From contig PPNB01000005.1 of NCBI GenBank assembly GCA_003707115.1, forward strand, positions 62,001-126,000: a DNA stretch of 64,000 bases, given 5' to 3'. Source of the DNA: Tortispora ganteri. Its lineage: Eukaryota. This document shows positions 37,334-48,784 of the stretch, in pieces. Each line of letters begins with the position of its first letter. The first letter of the stretch is position 1. A program made the position numbers and the translations under genes. Under the pieces are notes generated by a model that was given only the letters and a program-made list of their open reading frames with translations, searched no databases and was not told the DNA's origin.

Positions 37334-38596
37334 TCAAGCAGAAAGACTGTAGGATATACCCATCAGCCCTACACCAATAATCACGCATGTGACACATAAC
37401 GATTGGCGGCCACCTAATCCGACAGAAGTTGCAAACATTTGCAGGCCTATCAGCGCCATAAACCCTGCGGTGACTCCGAATATCAATGCGTAAGCGAGAC
37501 CACCTTGATCCTTTTGCGAACTATCTGGATTAATGAGTAGCCGTGCCAATAGTGCCCCAAAGGGTAACGATAGGCCGCCCAAAACGAAAGTCGCTAGAAT
37601 CGCGAGCTTACGGCTCCCCGAGGCGACATATATTGGTATAGCGATCGCGAATCCTTCGGATATATTATGAATAGCTAGCGCTAGGAATACCGAGAATCCA
37701 AGCTGCTTGTTCACAACTGATGTAGCATAGGTGATAAATCCTTCAGGTATCTTGTGCAGCGATATCGCAAATGCTGTTTGTATAGCTATTGACGCCATTG
37801 TCGATCGTACGGTGTTGATGTGATGGTGGTGGTCTTCCTCGTGACCAGGACCTTCATGATGCACGCATTCGTGACCCGAGTATCCTAAGACAACTGTTTC
37901 ATGGTGTCCATGCTCAAAGCTGGGCACTTCGACATCAAACACCTCATGACCAATAGAGTCGGCGTGAATGTGCTGAGACTTTTTGCAGGAGCCCAATGCT
38001 GAGAATCCATAGCAATGGCCGATCTCCGAGCAGTTTGCTACCGGAGTCCGGTTCAAATCGGAGTAGTGCTTATTGCTATCAACAGTCAATGGAGTACGTT
38101 CATTAAGTACACTGGCCGTAGGCGACTGATTGACCGGCGTCGCTGGGTTGGATCCGTCAGAGCCCGCAGTACTGCCGTCGTCGATTATAGCCTGTTCCAA
38201 GTCGTCAGGAGAATGTCCGTGTGCGCAATGTACAACGCTTTTAGATGCAACACGATGTAATACTGTGTTTAAAATAGAGCACATAGCCACACCAAAAAGG
38301 AATACGCCTATCTGTGTAAGTCCCATCGCAACATGGTGATCATCGAACAGCTTATCTTTCCGCAGTTCTTCAAGCGTCTCAGGCATAAGCGAATAAAATG
38401 AAGTATATATTAATACACCAGAAGACAAGCAGAGAGTGCATATGAGAAAATTCCTGTCCTTGCGTAGATCAAGTTTCTGGAATCCAGGAAGAGGAATAAG
38501 ATTGATGCAGATGATAAAGCTGCCCATGACACAGGCCAATCCCGTGCAGATAGCCAGTATCATGCCTTGAGAACTTCCCGTGCGGAATATATCCAT
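37334..38596 (-). CDS. ZRT3: ZIP-family metal transporter (Zrt3-like)
   Basis: AISLHKIPEG and LAIHNISEG motifs, His-rich loop, SVVHCAH, multiple TM segments. Confidence 0.85.
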   Translation of the reverse strand: MDIFRTGSSQGMILAICTGLACVMGSFIICINLIPLPGFQKLDLRKDRNFLICTLCLSSGVLIYTSFYSLMPETLEELRKDKLFDDHHVAMGLTQIGVFLFGVAMCSILNTVLHRVASKSVVHCAHGHSPDDLEQAIIDDGSTAGSDGSNPATPVNQSPTASVLNERTPLTVDSNKHYSDLNRTPVANCSEIGHCYGFSALGSCKKSQHIHADSIGHEVFDVEVPSFEHGHHETVVLGYSGHECVHHEGPGHEEDHHHHINTVRSTMASIAIQTAFAISLHKIPEGFITYATSVVNKQLGFSVFLALAIHNISEGFAIAIPIYVASGSRKLAILATFVLGGLSLPFGALLARLLINPDSSQKDQGGLAYALIFGVTAGFMALIGLQMFATSVGLGGRQSLCVTCVIIGVGLMGISYSLSA

Positions 38597-38758
38597 TGTA
38601 TATGAATTTATAGCACTTTCTTGTTACTTATTTCAATGAAATAATGTAGCAAGACGTCAATTATTCAATGCAAGCAAGTGCGCAAGATGAAATCTACCTT
38701 GGTGGTCCTCCCATTTATCGATAATTAGCTAGTGGCTATATCAGGACATTCCTTTTCT

Positions 38759-38769
38759 CTGATTGGCTG
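38759..38769 (-). promoter_or_regulatory. CCAAT box (CAGCCAATCAG) upstream of ZRT3
   Basis: Extended Hap2/3/5 (NF-Y) consensus. The identical 11-mer occurs upstream of BOR1. Confidence 0.5.
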
Positions 38770-38964
38770 AAATAGTTGCATCACAGCTGTATACATTTTC
38801 CCCTTTAAGGATATATAGCCCGCTGATCGTTTATTAATTAGCTAAAAATACTACCTCAAAAATTAAAAGTATTAGTGAAAATGCACTTTCAATCGTAAAT
38901 CATTATAAAGTGGCCACTAACGACCAATCAACTTATTAACCAACCAAATAACCCGTAACATGTT

Positions 38965-41900
38965 TTAATTGTTTTTCAGCACGCGGTAGTACGATTTCTC
39001 GACTTCATTGGACATCTTCTGCAATGCCAGAATCACTCCTTGATGTGTAATAGCAGGCAACAGCTTGCGATTGACTCCAATCCATTCAATAGGCGGTGTA
39101 GCTTCGCCCATATCCCTGAGAGAAGGACTAGCTAAAATAGGCGGCTCTAATGCAACATACACATAAGATCCAAAGCGGATACTGCCGTCCTTAGATACAA
39201 AAGCGCCTTCGTTATTCGACCCCTTAGACTGTTCCAGTGCTTCTTTACTAAATTTAGCATCATCGCTAGCATCTGTAACGCCTTCAACTCTGATTCCTGA
39301 CTCGTCCACAATCAATATAGATGACCCTGGTATCGTCTCTGGCAATGAGCGCAGCATATTCGACCACATAGCTCTGATGAAATTAATCGATCCTAAATTC
39401 CAACCCATGTCAACGCGTCCACCAAATTCACTTGTAAATATGTACTCAATTACCTTGCTGCTCAATCCTTGAACTGTCTTCATCTTAACTTCTATAGATG
39501 GGCATTTCATAATCACTCCGCCTTTAACGTCCATGTTTTCTTGCACATACTCATCAAACGACATGTCACTAATAGGCTTCTGCGTCGGGTGCCTTTTCAG
39601 TTTACCAAGAGATATAGAAACGTCACCATTGCGCATACGCAAGAAATTCTCAATATTTTCTGTAATATCAGACGAAGAAAATTGAAATATAGGGTCAATG
39701 AGTTCTATGCGGAGAACTGTGTCATCCATTAAAGAAACAGGATACACATGCAACAAAATATTACCCACCGAAACATCAAGATTGGTCTTCAATTTCTCCA
39801 AATAACTGTTCGAGCTTTGCATTGACGAAATGCTACCACTTTTGCTTCGTGGAGTACCCGGCTCATTATTGAGAATTTGAAGTGACATCCTGGATATGCT
39901 GGATTCAACTGGCTCATCATTTAATGATTCTTGAGATATCTGCATGCCTCGTGATTCCCAATCGCGAGAAGGTTTCGAAAATGATATTCTGTGATTATCT
40001 GATAGACGCTTAAACGCTGTAACTAAATTAACCAACGCGGAAGGCGCAAGAACAGTCATAAAGACAAGCAACTTATCCATCCTTGCGAACACTTCAAGCC
40101 TCTCTGGAGAATTAGTTTCATGAGCGAGGTCAGCATGTCTGTTGTAAAAACCAAAGCAAAAGTTTTCCGCAAATACCATCAATACACCATAATAATCGAA
40201 TGCCATTCTCAGTTTTAGAGAATCAAAGTTAACGCTAGCGCGGACAAGTGGAGTCCAGAAATGACGTTCTTTGATATCCCAAACTATTCCGGTACTAACA
40301 ACAGGTCGACAAAGTTCAAATGATCCATCGTACCGTCCTTTAAATGTGCAGTTCACAGAATCAAAGCCGGCATGCATAGTTTGCTCAACATCAGGGTTGT
40401 TCACTGTGTAGATAAAGAAACGGTCTGATCGTGCATTGCATATTCCTATAGCTTGTCCAAAGTCAGCATGTACTTGGATATCGCATATACCAAGGTAAAC
40501 GGACCATACACTTCCTCCAAAGTAAGAATAACCGCTTCGATCAACCATCGTAGTAGCTCCTTTTCCACTCGTCTTTGAGGCACTCGGTAATGAAGAGAAA
40601 GGCGAATTGATAGCAGCTGAAGATATAGATGCAACTCGATGCGAAGAATCCGGCGCATTGATTTTGAATTCCCATATTCTTCTGAACAGCTGAAGGTCAT
40701 TGAGTTGTTTGATATTCAAATATACAGAAACCTTTGACATAAGGCCAGCAAGCGCAAGATTTGCTTCGCGTGCGCGCATATGCCTACTGTTATCACTTGA
40801 GATGCAAATGTTTCCAATAGATACTTTACAGCTGCTTTCACGGGAATATATGTGCTGTAAAGACGCAGTTATATCTTTGGATTTACAGGTGAATGCAAGG
40901 AAAGGAGGCTGATCGGCATTCTGTATAGAGTTCATAATGCATGAAAAGTCAAAAGAGAGGGAGGCTGCTACTTGAGCTTTAGGCTCACAACTCAATGATA
41001 CAACCTGTCTTCCAATGGTCACACCAAAATTAAGGTGCCAATCGCTGAAAAAATCGGGCTTCGATTTCTTCGTCGCTTCAACATTGACTCTTGACGTGCT
41101 TGGCTTTCTCAAGGAAGCCGTACCACTTACTCTAAATGCTTCACGTCCTGCAAGCAATATCTTCTCCAAGGCTGATATCACTTTTGGGTATAGAGTGTTG
41201 GAAGATGAATCGATATGAGCCTCACCGGACAGTATAGGACGGCTTCTAATTCCTTGAAGATAACCTAATGTAATTTTTAGTCCAGGGACTTTGATAGATG
41301 CTACTGGGGTAGCAGTTTCCGGAGACAGTTGTAGCTGGGCTGCATATTGCATAGGGGAAGTAGTACCATCACAGATATCCACATTCGACCCACTGAACTC
41401 CATTTTCAGCAAGATATGAAGTATTCTGTTACTGACAGAAATTTTCGTATTCACAAATGAAGGTTGGAAATCACGTGCATATGTCGTTTTGGCGCTAGTG
41501 CTAATATTTAATGCATCCAATGTAGAAGCGATTGAATCCATTATTGAAGAATACGACAGTATTGATAGAGGACAGAGTACAAAATCGATCCTGTCTCCAA
41601 GAATAGTAGCGGCAACTTTCATTTTATCTGCTGTCCGATCATTGTGAGAAGCAAGAGAGATACTCATTCTAGGCATAAGCGCATATGAATGAGCATGAAG
41701 ATCAGGTTGAAAGAAATTATCCCAATCTCCATCCCCTACTTTAAGAAATGCATTGATCATTCTGAAATGCACTATTTGCTTTCTTCTTAAAGTCAGAGCA
41801 GTTTCTTCGAACCCAACACGAGCACATTTGAATACACTGTTCAGCGGAAAACTTTCAGATAACCAGGCAATGCAGAAATATTTTAGCTTAGTAGACAGAG

Positions 41901-44900
41901 TCATCAGCTTGAAGCCAAACAACTGGAATATGAACCCATCGGCAAAGGCAGAGGCATCCGCGGGTATATCTGCTTTTACACTGCCTTTGCTATGATGAAT
42001 ACCATCTTCAATATCTAGTGTCTCCTCTTCAATGTTCATCAAGTTAGACACAACGTCTATAGTTGTTTCGGGGGACAAACACAAATGGAAGCAGTCGCTT
42101 GCAATCTCGACATCAAAGTTATGAGGTGAGGAGTCTTCCCCAGGAACTTGGTTATGACCTGTAATCTGTAAGTCAGCATCCAAGATGTCTCGTTGCGGTA
42201 CACGTCCATCAAATCTTCTGAGGAATGCTTGTACCTTGGAGATTTTTAAGTTAAACATCACAGAACGGTACAATGATGTTTCACTTGCTTTCTCCGCACT
42301 GTAAAAAGACAAGTTGAGTGACTTAAGTTCGAGCCCAAGAATATTGATGTTCGTGGGAAATCGAATCAGTAAGCTGCGTATCTCGAACTTCATGTCAAAC
42401 AGCCCAGATGTGTCAGGCTTGGAATCACCTTGTGAAGCCAATTCTTTTGAGTCATTCTTCTCAAAAAGACTAATAGCAGTTGTCTTTGCTGCTTGAAAAG
42501 ACTCCAAGGCAGAGGCCAGCGTATCTGAAACTTGCTTATCAGCCTTTAGTTTCCAGAACACTGGTAATAGCATGAAATCAAAAGAGATAGGATCAGAATA
42601 GCCATCAACTAAGAGCTTTCTCTGTTTTCCGATTAGGTAACGTCCAGATACTGATATTTCCGGAAAGAAAACTGATACTAGTCTTTCTTCTTTGCCATTG
42701 AGAGTGCTAGCAAGAGCATGGTTAGTTCTGTCCAGCTTTATTGATATAGCGATATCAGAAGGGACGTCAGTAATGACGGAAAATGATAAATCTGAACCTT
42801 CTAGATTGTAAGACAATGCAGTTACTATCTCGAAATCAAGTTTGACCCTCTTCAATACAAGCGTAAAGTGGGCTTTAGAATTCTGTTTTTCATATTGACC
42901 AGGTGAAGATATTAAACTAACATCTGATTGTGGAAGACGTGACATCACTTTTTGTGAAAATTTCCAACCTAGGCTTATTTCATCATTAACAATCAGCGCC
43001 ACTACTTCTGCTAACCGAGCAATAGTCTGGTAAAATTTGAAAAATGCATTTCCCACATTTAGCATAACAGCCGGATTGTGATCCTTTAATTCAAAAGCAC
43101 AGGCAGCTGTGAATACAATATTCTGTAGATCGATGTCGAACAGTTTATCATACCCTAAAGTATCTGAGCCCATCACTTCAAGTTCAAAAGAATTAAAGAC
43201 ATGCACAAGGGAGAAGCCAGGAGACACTGCACTATGATTCTGTAGGGTATCATCTATTTTAATGTTGCTCAGGCCTCGACCAAAAGTTGTTTGCATTCTA
43301 ATAGTGCGGAAACACAGCAGAGTAGTCATGGTATTCAGGATGACCACGAAATTCCAAGACCTTGGCAGTGTGGTGTTATCAGGAACTCCAGCCAGTCCAG
43401 CCCTTTGTCGTTTTTTGTTTTCCAACAGAGCCGTGTCAATGAAATCTAACAAAAAACTATCCTCTTCTGAGAAAAGATTCTCTAAATCCAGACGTACAGC
43501 AATGTTAGAACAATAGGTCAACACATTCTTAAACACGTGGCCGGTTGAAGGATCAATTTTTTCTGATAGAGAAATCGTCAAAGACTCGAATGACAATGTA
43601 TTCTCATTAGCGGAAGCTACCAGTTTGAATTCAAGCATGTCGAGTCCTATCTGCGTAATATTATAAGAATTTTGTTCAAGATGATTTGCTTTTCCTGTGT
43701 CAAAAATCTCATCAAATAAAAACGTGCTTTGCATTTTTGGATCAACAGTAAGCCATAGTTCACGTGTAACTTCAAGTGAGTCCGGATCTATCTGCGGAAG
43801 ATAGTCATTTTTGGACAGGGATAAAGCACTGATTTTATCAAGAGAATGACACAAATCTGCTTTTGCTGAATCACTCAGTGCACCAAAAATGTGTCTAAGT
43901 TGTGTTAAAACCTGCCAGCTCTCAAGGAATCGTATGTGTTGTTTAGAAGTACGAAGGAATAGAACAGGCTTATTGAGAAAAGAAGGAATTCTTGGATGTA
44001 TACCGTGTTTTTGTGCAGCAACCAATTCAGTGATAAATGTTTGCCACAAAAGTCTGTTCACCTGTCGTCGTCTTTTCAGGGCCGCATTAAAATCCAATAT
44101 AGTTTTTTCCCATTCAATAGCAATCGGAAGTAAATCAATTAGCTCGTTTCCGATGACTATTGATCTAACACTCGCCACATTAAGCCTGTTAACCGCATTG
44201 GGTTTCTTATCCCAGAATGTCATATATACGCCCTCAACCACTATTTGGCACAAGCTCACATTATTGGCAATTTCATGATAATCAGATGTAACATCAGAAT
44301 GTTCAAGGCGCCTGTGAATGGCCAAAGATGTCCTATTCGCCGAAAGTACAGTAGAAGCTTTAGGTGTTAAGGCAACTGGAGATTCTGGCTCTTTAATAGA
44401 AGTAGATCCATGTGCAATGTCTAGTCCGTGCACGTCTAAAGCAATAACGCTCTTTGTATTCATCAGACTTACATTAGCACTTCCACAGACAACACGGAGA
44501 GAGGAAGAGAGAGGCCAAATACCAGAGGTAGAGTCATTATAACTGCCTAGCATTTTCATGTAGAGTTGGTCCAGCATTTCATCTGGACTTACTTTGCAAA
44601 TGTCACAACTAAGAACCGCAGTCAAAAATGCAGTTTCCAGAGAAATATCAAGATCATCACAAAAATGAATAACAAAATCGTCCAGCTTTGTTCCTTTCTG
44701 TACTTCTCTAGCATAGTATCTCCGAGACTGACTAGCAGCCAGAGCAGATTTTTGTCGTTGATACCGGCGTTCATTTTTGCTTCTATGCTTATTGGAGTGC
44801 GAAGACAAAAATGCTCCCTGATAACCATCCTCATCATTCAAAGGAGGAACCTCATCAGAATACGTAGTATTAGGTTGGTTATCGTATCGACTAGCTGGTG

Positions 44901-47900
44901 CATTCAGCAAAGGCTGGATTAAACAGGGAATTGAATGATAATCAGGGTATACAAATGTCAAAGCTTCACCATTAGAAAAGTCTTGTAAGTTTTTGGGGAT
45001 CAAAAAATTAATGCGAGATAAAGCTTCATCATTTTCAGCAAGAAAATGCTGCTGTAAGTGACGAGTCATGGTGGAGTCTTTATGTCTCTCAAAATTTGTA
45101 GCTGAAACGCTGAAAGAAGAAGAAAGGCATGGCTCATTTGTAACCGTGTTAAATCCAAATATATCGATAGAATCCGCGTTGATTTCTAACCTTATATCAT
45201 ACTGAGGATTAGATAAGTCAAAACGCATCAGTGTGATAGGAGAGGTCGCGATTTCAATGGTGTAGTCATCTAAGGTAAATGAAATTTCAATGGATGCAAT
45301 AGAGAGATTGAGAATGTTTAGGTCATGCAATTCGACGGGGTTGCTGAAAATGGAGTTTTCTGTATCGTTTTGGCGGAATGATAAGCTGTCTTTAACTTGA
45401 CCAAGTTGACTCAAAAATTGAGGTGTAGTTTTACCTGATATAGTTCCAAGTTCTATGCTCCAGTCGCAGACATATGCAGGCTCTAGTGGAGGAAGTCCAA
45501 ACATTCTATGTGAATGAACCGTTATACCGTCGATAAACATATCTTCTGTATGTTTCTCCTTGGCGTAATTCTTGCAGAATGAATCCACATTCAGAATATT
45601 AGCAAAGAATTTCAGCGAGGCCGGAGCTATATCACACATCATATCCATATAAAAGTTATAGAAGCGTAGGTCGAGATGAAAATAAGGAAAAGAGGCAATA
45701 ACAGCATCATCGAGAGAGTAAAGTCTAGTAGGAAGTATAGCACGAGCATTGTCGAAACTCAGGGTCAATAAAACATCCGTACCCGGTTTAGTGGCTGAAG
45801 TAGGCTTAACATCAGTATTTGGGCGTGTTTTTTCCATAAATTCATTGAGAGTTTGAAAGTGAGTGTACTCACCAAAGTAATTGTCTTTGAGTTGTGCAAA
45901 AAGTCGTAGTAAAGTGCCTCCACAAACGCAAGAAACCTGAGAAGAATCCACGTCAATGCATAAAGTATCAGTTTCTTGTGGTAAAGATATAGTAGTGTAA
46001 GTGTATTTTCCATTGATTGAAAATTCCTGCATCCGGCCGATGTATGAATTATCTTGAAAGCTGGACAGAGATGACCAGTCAGGTGTATGTGAGATAACTT
46101 CAACGTCAGGACTGGAAAGTTCAAATGAGAAAGAGTTATGCAACGTACGTATCCTTTTCAGAGGTAAGGTTCCATTGAATTTCAGTTCATTTCCTTTAAA
46201 AACCGCAAAATGATTGTCTGGTAAGGATGCCGGCACATCAACAACATTATATTCGTTGACTGAAAAGAATAGCTCGTACTTAGAGCAGTTGAGTTTAAAG
46301 GAATATTCAAATGGCGTAAATGTAGCATACTGAACAATTTTCTCACTGCTAAAGTCTGTTACAAGATCAGTGAACAAATTGACATGCTCGCGCAACAGAA
46401 AGAGCTGGACGCTATCTAAGGAAAAGTCAAAAATCCAATTGTGCAAACCATTCCACTTCAAAGGTGATGAAATATCACCGTTGATATAAAATTTGTCGGT
46501 CTTTAGCAGTAGTCCGTGGTTAACACTCGATCTGATTTCGACATCAAGTAAAGATAAGTCAAAGTTAGCGGCAGTACCTTTGGAGGTGAAAACATTAGAC
46601 TGTTTATATTTCAATGACGAGGCAGTTTCAAATTTAGCCTCTATCCATCCGTAGGGCCTTTTAAGTCTATGTTCGTGTTTTTCTTTCAGCTCACTTGCCA
46701 CTTTGAGATCTTTACTTGCTTCTCGTAAAGGAATTCTAAGAAAATTTGTGCCTTCGAATGTAACGTCCACACTTAACTGGGTATAGACACGAGTATCTCC
46801 AGCCGTTAGAATCCTATGAGGTTTCGGATCTGAGTAAGAGGATGGGAAGAAAAAAGATTGGAACACCTCTCTTTGTCTGTCCGCCCAAGGGCCGTAATGC
46901 AAAGTGCTATTGTAGAAAGTAATAGAGACATCAAAAGCAGGAGGAGTACCACTATTTCCGACATCAGGGCCGTACCCCGGAGGAGTAGCTTTTATGAATT
47001 TTGGAACCTGTCCTGGCACGTCATGTCTAGTCGCAATTTTAACAAAGGGTGAATCAATAATCGTTGAACTTTGAGCATACTCCTTATTTTGGTTGAGCAA
47101 GAAATCATTGTCCAGTTCTTCCTCGTCATAGAGGTAACGTGACAAGCCCTTCCATGCATCTGATAGGGCCACTTCATTAGGTTGTGAGCGCCTTCCTGTA
47201 AGCACAGACCATAATCGTACCCAAATCGTTCTAGATTTAGCGAACAGCTGAGCTTGAGATTGGAGTACATGCAGACGGGTTTGGATATGATCCATATTTG
47301 GTTTAAGACTAAAAAGAAACGCGTTCAGCTCAATACTTCTAAATAAGCTGTACGCATCTAGTCTGTTTGCAGGGTTTCCAATATCGAGCAATCCTTCGGA
47401 AGTAGATGACTGTGCAATAGCCAATGTTGGTGTTGTTGCGTTTCCGACAATTACAGCAAACTTTTTGAATTTTATTTCAACAGGCAGAAGTTTCATGAAG
47501 AATGAACGCTGCACAGTTTTGTCTGAAAAGGTTTCGTACATAGCAGCGAGGTTTGTTGATGTGTATTTGCGAGATACTGTTCTGTTTTTTGGTTTGCGTG
47601 ATGCTGAAGTAAGGGGATGGGTATTAGAGCCAGTTTCGATGCGTATTTCGGGTGTAGAAAATGCTTTTTTCTCGGAGAGACTTTGTTGGTCTTCCTCGAG
47701 AGAAGATAAAATATCAGAATCAGAAGTAAGAGATTCCGAATCAGAGGAGAGATTAGTGTCATTAGAGGCGACTTTTTGTTGTTCAAGAATTTGGGCGATT
47801 TCTGCGAAAGCGGCGGATCTATTGAATATGAATATTTCAAGGCCTAAGAAATGAATAACAAATCTTGCAGACTGAGAATTCACAGCTGTAGCGGAATCAT

Positions 47901-48270
47901 TATCATTACGCGAGTCTTCAAGTTCTTGATGTGATTTACGCGGGTTCTTGATCCAGTACCGCCATGTGAGATGACCTTGCGCAACGCTTACGGCCTGATC
48001 TTTCGATATGAACTGGACATTCTTAAAAAATACACGTCCAGCAAGAAAGGAAATATGTACGGACTGTACAGAGAAATATGCATCATAATACTGCCACATA
48101 AAGAGTCGTAGTGCCGCTGAAACCAATGCACCTAAGATCCTGTTCCAGTAGAACAAGAAGAGGATGGCAACAAGACCTTGCGCTACGAGTTCTACCAAAT
48201 ACAGCCAGGAAAATCCTGCACCATTATTTGTTACTAGCGCTTTAGATATAAATGATGATCCAAAGCTCAT
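38965..48270 (-). CDS. CSF1: Bridge-like lipid transfer protein Csf1 (BLTP1)
   Basis: 3101 aa. N-terminal TM then FYWNRILG, ISFLAGRVFFKN, LTWRYW, HYGPWADRQR, C-terminal PSLRDMGEATPPIEWIG. Confidence 0.93.
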   Translation of the reverse strand: MSFGSSFISKALVTNNGAGFSWLYLVELVAQGLVAILFLFYWNRILGALVSAALRLFMWQYYDAYFSVQSVHISFLAGRVFFKNVQFISKDQAVSVAQGHLTWRYWIKNPRKSHQELEDSRNDNDSATAVNSQSARFVIHFLGLEIFIFNRSAAFAEIAQILEQQKVASNDTNLSSDSESLTSDSDILSSLEEDQQSLSEKKAFSTPEIRIETGSNTHPLTSASRKPKNRTVSRKYTSTNLAAMYETFSDKTVQRSFFMKLLPVEIKFKKFAVIVGNATTPTLAIAQSSTSEGLLDIGNPANRLDAYSLFRSIELNAFLFSLKPNMDHIQTRLHVLQSQAQLFAKSRTIWVRLWSVLTGRRSQPNEVALSDAWKGLSRYLYDEEELDNDFLLNQNKEYAQSSTIIDSPFVKIATRHDVPGQVPKFIKATPPGYGPDVGNSGTPPAFDVSITFYNSTLHYGPWADRQREVFQSFFFPSSYSDPKPHRILTAGDTRVYTQLSVDVTFEGTNFLRIPLREASKDLKVASELKEKHEHRLKRPYGWIEAKFETASSLKYKQSNVFTSKGTAANFDLSLLDVEIRSSVNHGLLLKTDKFYINGDISSPLKWNGLHNWIFDFSLDSVQLFLLREHVNLFTDLVTDFSSEKIVQYATFTPFEYSFKLNCSKYELFFSVNEYNVVDVPASLPDNHFAVFKGNELKFNGTLPLKRIRTLHNSFSFELSSPDVEVISHTPDWSSLSSFQDNSYIGRMQEFSINGKYTYTTISLPQETDTLCIDVDSSQVSCVCGGTLLRLFAQLKDNYFGEYTHFQTLNEFMEKTRPNTDVKPTSATKPGTDVLLTLSFDNARAILPTRLYSLDDAVIASFPYFHLDLRFYNFYMDMMCDIAPASLKFFANILNVDSFCKNYAKEKHTEDMFIDGITVHSHRMFGLPPLEPAYVCDWSIELGTISGKTTPQFLSQLGQVKDSLSFRQNDTENSIFSNPVELHDLNILNLSIASIEISFTLDDYTIEIATSPITLMRFDLSNPQYDIRLEINADSIDIFGFNTVTNEPCLSSSFSVSATNFERHKDSTMTRHLQQHFLAENDEALSRINFLIPKNLQDFSNGEALTFVYPDYHSIPCLIQPLLNAPASRYDNQPNTTYSDEVPPLNDEDGYQGAFLSSHSNKHRSKNERRYQRQKSALAASQSRRYYAREVQKGTKLDDFVIHFCDDLDISLETAFLTAVLSCDICKVSPDEMLDQLYMKMLGSYNDSTSGIWPLSSSLRVVCGSANVSLMNTKSVIALDVHGLDIAHGSTSIKEPESPVALTPKASTVLSANRTSLAIHRRLEHSDVTSDYHEIANNVSLCQIVVEGVYMTFWDKKPNAVNRLNVASVRSIVIGNELIDLLPIAIEWEKTILDFNAALKRRRQVNRLLWQTFITELVAAQKHGIHPRIPSFLNKPVLFLRTSKQHIRFLESWQVLTQLRHIFGALSDSAKADLCHSLDKISALSLSKNDYLPQIDPDSLEVTRELWLTVDPKMQSTFLFDEIFDTGKANHLEQNSYNITQIGLDMLEFKLVASANENTLSFESLTISLSEKIDPSTGHVFKNVLTYCSNIAVRLDLENLFSEEDSFLLDFIDTALLENKKRQRAGLAGVPDNTTLPRSWNFVVILNTMTTLLCFRTIRMQTTFGRGLSNIKIDDTLQNHSAVSPGFSLVHVFNSFELEVMGSDTLGYDKLFDIDLQNIVFTAACAFELKDHNPAVMLNVGNAFFKFYQTIARLAEVVALIVNDEISLGWKFSQKVMSRLPQSDVSLISSPGQYEKQNSKAHFTLVLKRVKLDFEIVTALSYNLEGSDLSFSVITDVPSDIAISIKLDRTNHALASTLNGKEERLVSVFFPEISVSGRYLIGKQRKLLVDGYSDPISFDFMLLPVFWKLKADKQVSDTLASALESFQAAKTTAISLFEKNDSKELASQGDSKPDTSGLFDMKFEIRSLLIRFPTNINILGLELKSLNLSFYSAEKASETSLYRSVMFNLKISKVQAFLRRFDGRVPQRDILDADLQITGHNQVPGEDSSPHNFDVEIASDCFHLCLSPETTIDVVSNLMNIEEETLDIEDGIHHSKGSVKADIPADASAFADGFIFQLFGFKLMTLSTKLKYFCIAWLSESFPLNSVFKCARVGFEETALTLRRKQIVHFRMINAFLKVGDGDWDNFFQPDLHAHSYALMPRMSISLASHNDRTADKMKVAATILGDRIDFVLCPLSILSYSSIMDSIASTLDALNISTSAKTTYARDFQPSFVNTKISVSNRILHILLKMEFSGSNVDICDGTTSPMQYAAQLQLSPETATPVASIKVPGLKITLGYLQGIRSRPILSGEAHIDSSSNTLYPKVISALEKILLAGREAFRVSGTASLRKPSTSRVNVEATKKSKPDFFSDWHLNFGVTIGRQVVSLSCEPKAQVAASLSFDFSCIMNSIQNADQPPFLAFTCKSKDITASLQHIYSRESSCKVSIGNICISSDNSRHMRAREANLALAGLMSKVSVYLNIKQLNDLQLFRRIWEFKINAPDSSHRVASISSAAINSPFSSLPSASKTSGKGATTMVDRSGYSYFGGSVWSVYLGICDIQVHADFGQAIGICNARSDRFFIYTVNNPDVEQTMHAGFDSVNCTFKGRYDGSFELCRPVVSTGIVWDIKERHFWTPLVRASVNFDSLKLRMAFDYYGVLMVFAENFCFGFYNRHADLAHETNSPERLEVFARMDKLLVFMTVLAPSALVNLVTAFKRLSDNHRISFSKPSRDWESRGMQISQESLNDEPVESSISRMSLQILNNEPGTPRSKSGSISSMQSSNSYLEKLKTNLDVSVGNILLHVYPVSLMDDTVLRIELIDPIFQFSSSDITENIENFLRMRNGDVSISLGKLKRHPTQKPISDMSFDEYVQENMDVKGGVIMKCPSIEVKMKTVQGLSSKVIEYIFTSEFGGRVDMGWNLGSINFIRAMWSNMLRSLPETIPGSSILIVDESGIRVEGVTDASDDAKFSKEALEQSKGSNNEGAFVSKDGSIRFGSYVYVALEPPILASPSLRDMGEATPPIEWIGVNRKLLPAITHQGVILALQKMSNEVEKSYYRVLKNN

Positions 48271-48299
48271 TGCAGAGGTTGTAAGTAAAGCGTGAAATG

Positions 48300-48305
48300 C
48301 ACGTG
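48300..48305. promoter_or_regulatory. E-box CACGTG in the 112-bp CSF1-SOH1 divergent promoter
   Basis: Motif match only. Confidence 0.35.
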
Positions 48306-48382
48306 TTTAGGAGGAAGCACAGGGGCGTGTCTTATAGTTGGAATCCCGGCGGTGATCTTAGTTTTGACTTCTGACAACACCA

Positions 48383-48742
48383 ATGACGGAAGAAATATCG
48401 CCATCACGTTTTGAGGTTGAATTAGAATTCGTTCAATCGTTAGCACATCCTTTTTATGTAAATTTTCTTGCCCAGAATCAGTATTTCGAAAAACCTGAAT
48501 TCTTACGGTACTTGCAGTACTTGGAATACTGGCGACAACGACCCTACCGAGACTATCTTGTATACCCGAACTGTCTACATATGTTGACGCTATTACACCA
48601 GAAATCTTTCAGAGATCAAATTGCGCGTGGAGATATCGCTAAAATGGTCATGGACGATATGTATGCTCAATGGCTGGAAAAAGGCCGTACAGCCGAGGTA
48701 AACAGTGACAATGATACAGATGTGAAAAAAGAGAGTATCTAA
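48383..48742 (+). CDS. SOH1: Mediator subunit Med31
   Basis: RFEVELEFVQSLAHPFY, YLQYLEYW, YPNCLHML. Confidence 0.96.
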   Translation: MTEEISPSRFEVELEFVQSLAHPFYVNFLAQNQYFEKPEFLRYLQYLEYWRQRPYRDYLVYPNCLHMLTLLHQKSFRDQIARGDIAKMVMDDMYAQWLEKGRTAEVNSDNDTDVKKESI

Positions 48743-48784
48743 ATGTGAAGGTCAAAAGCGTATGACATTTTCCTCAGCTGTGTC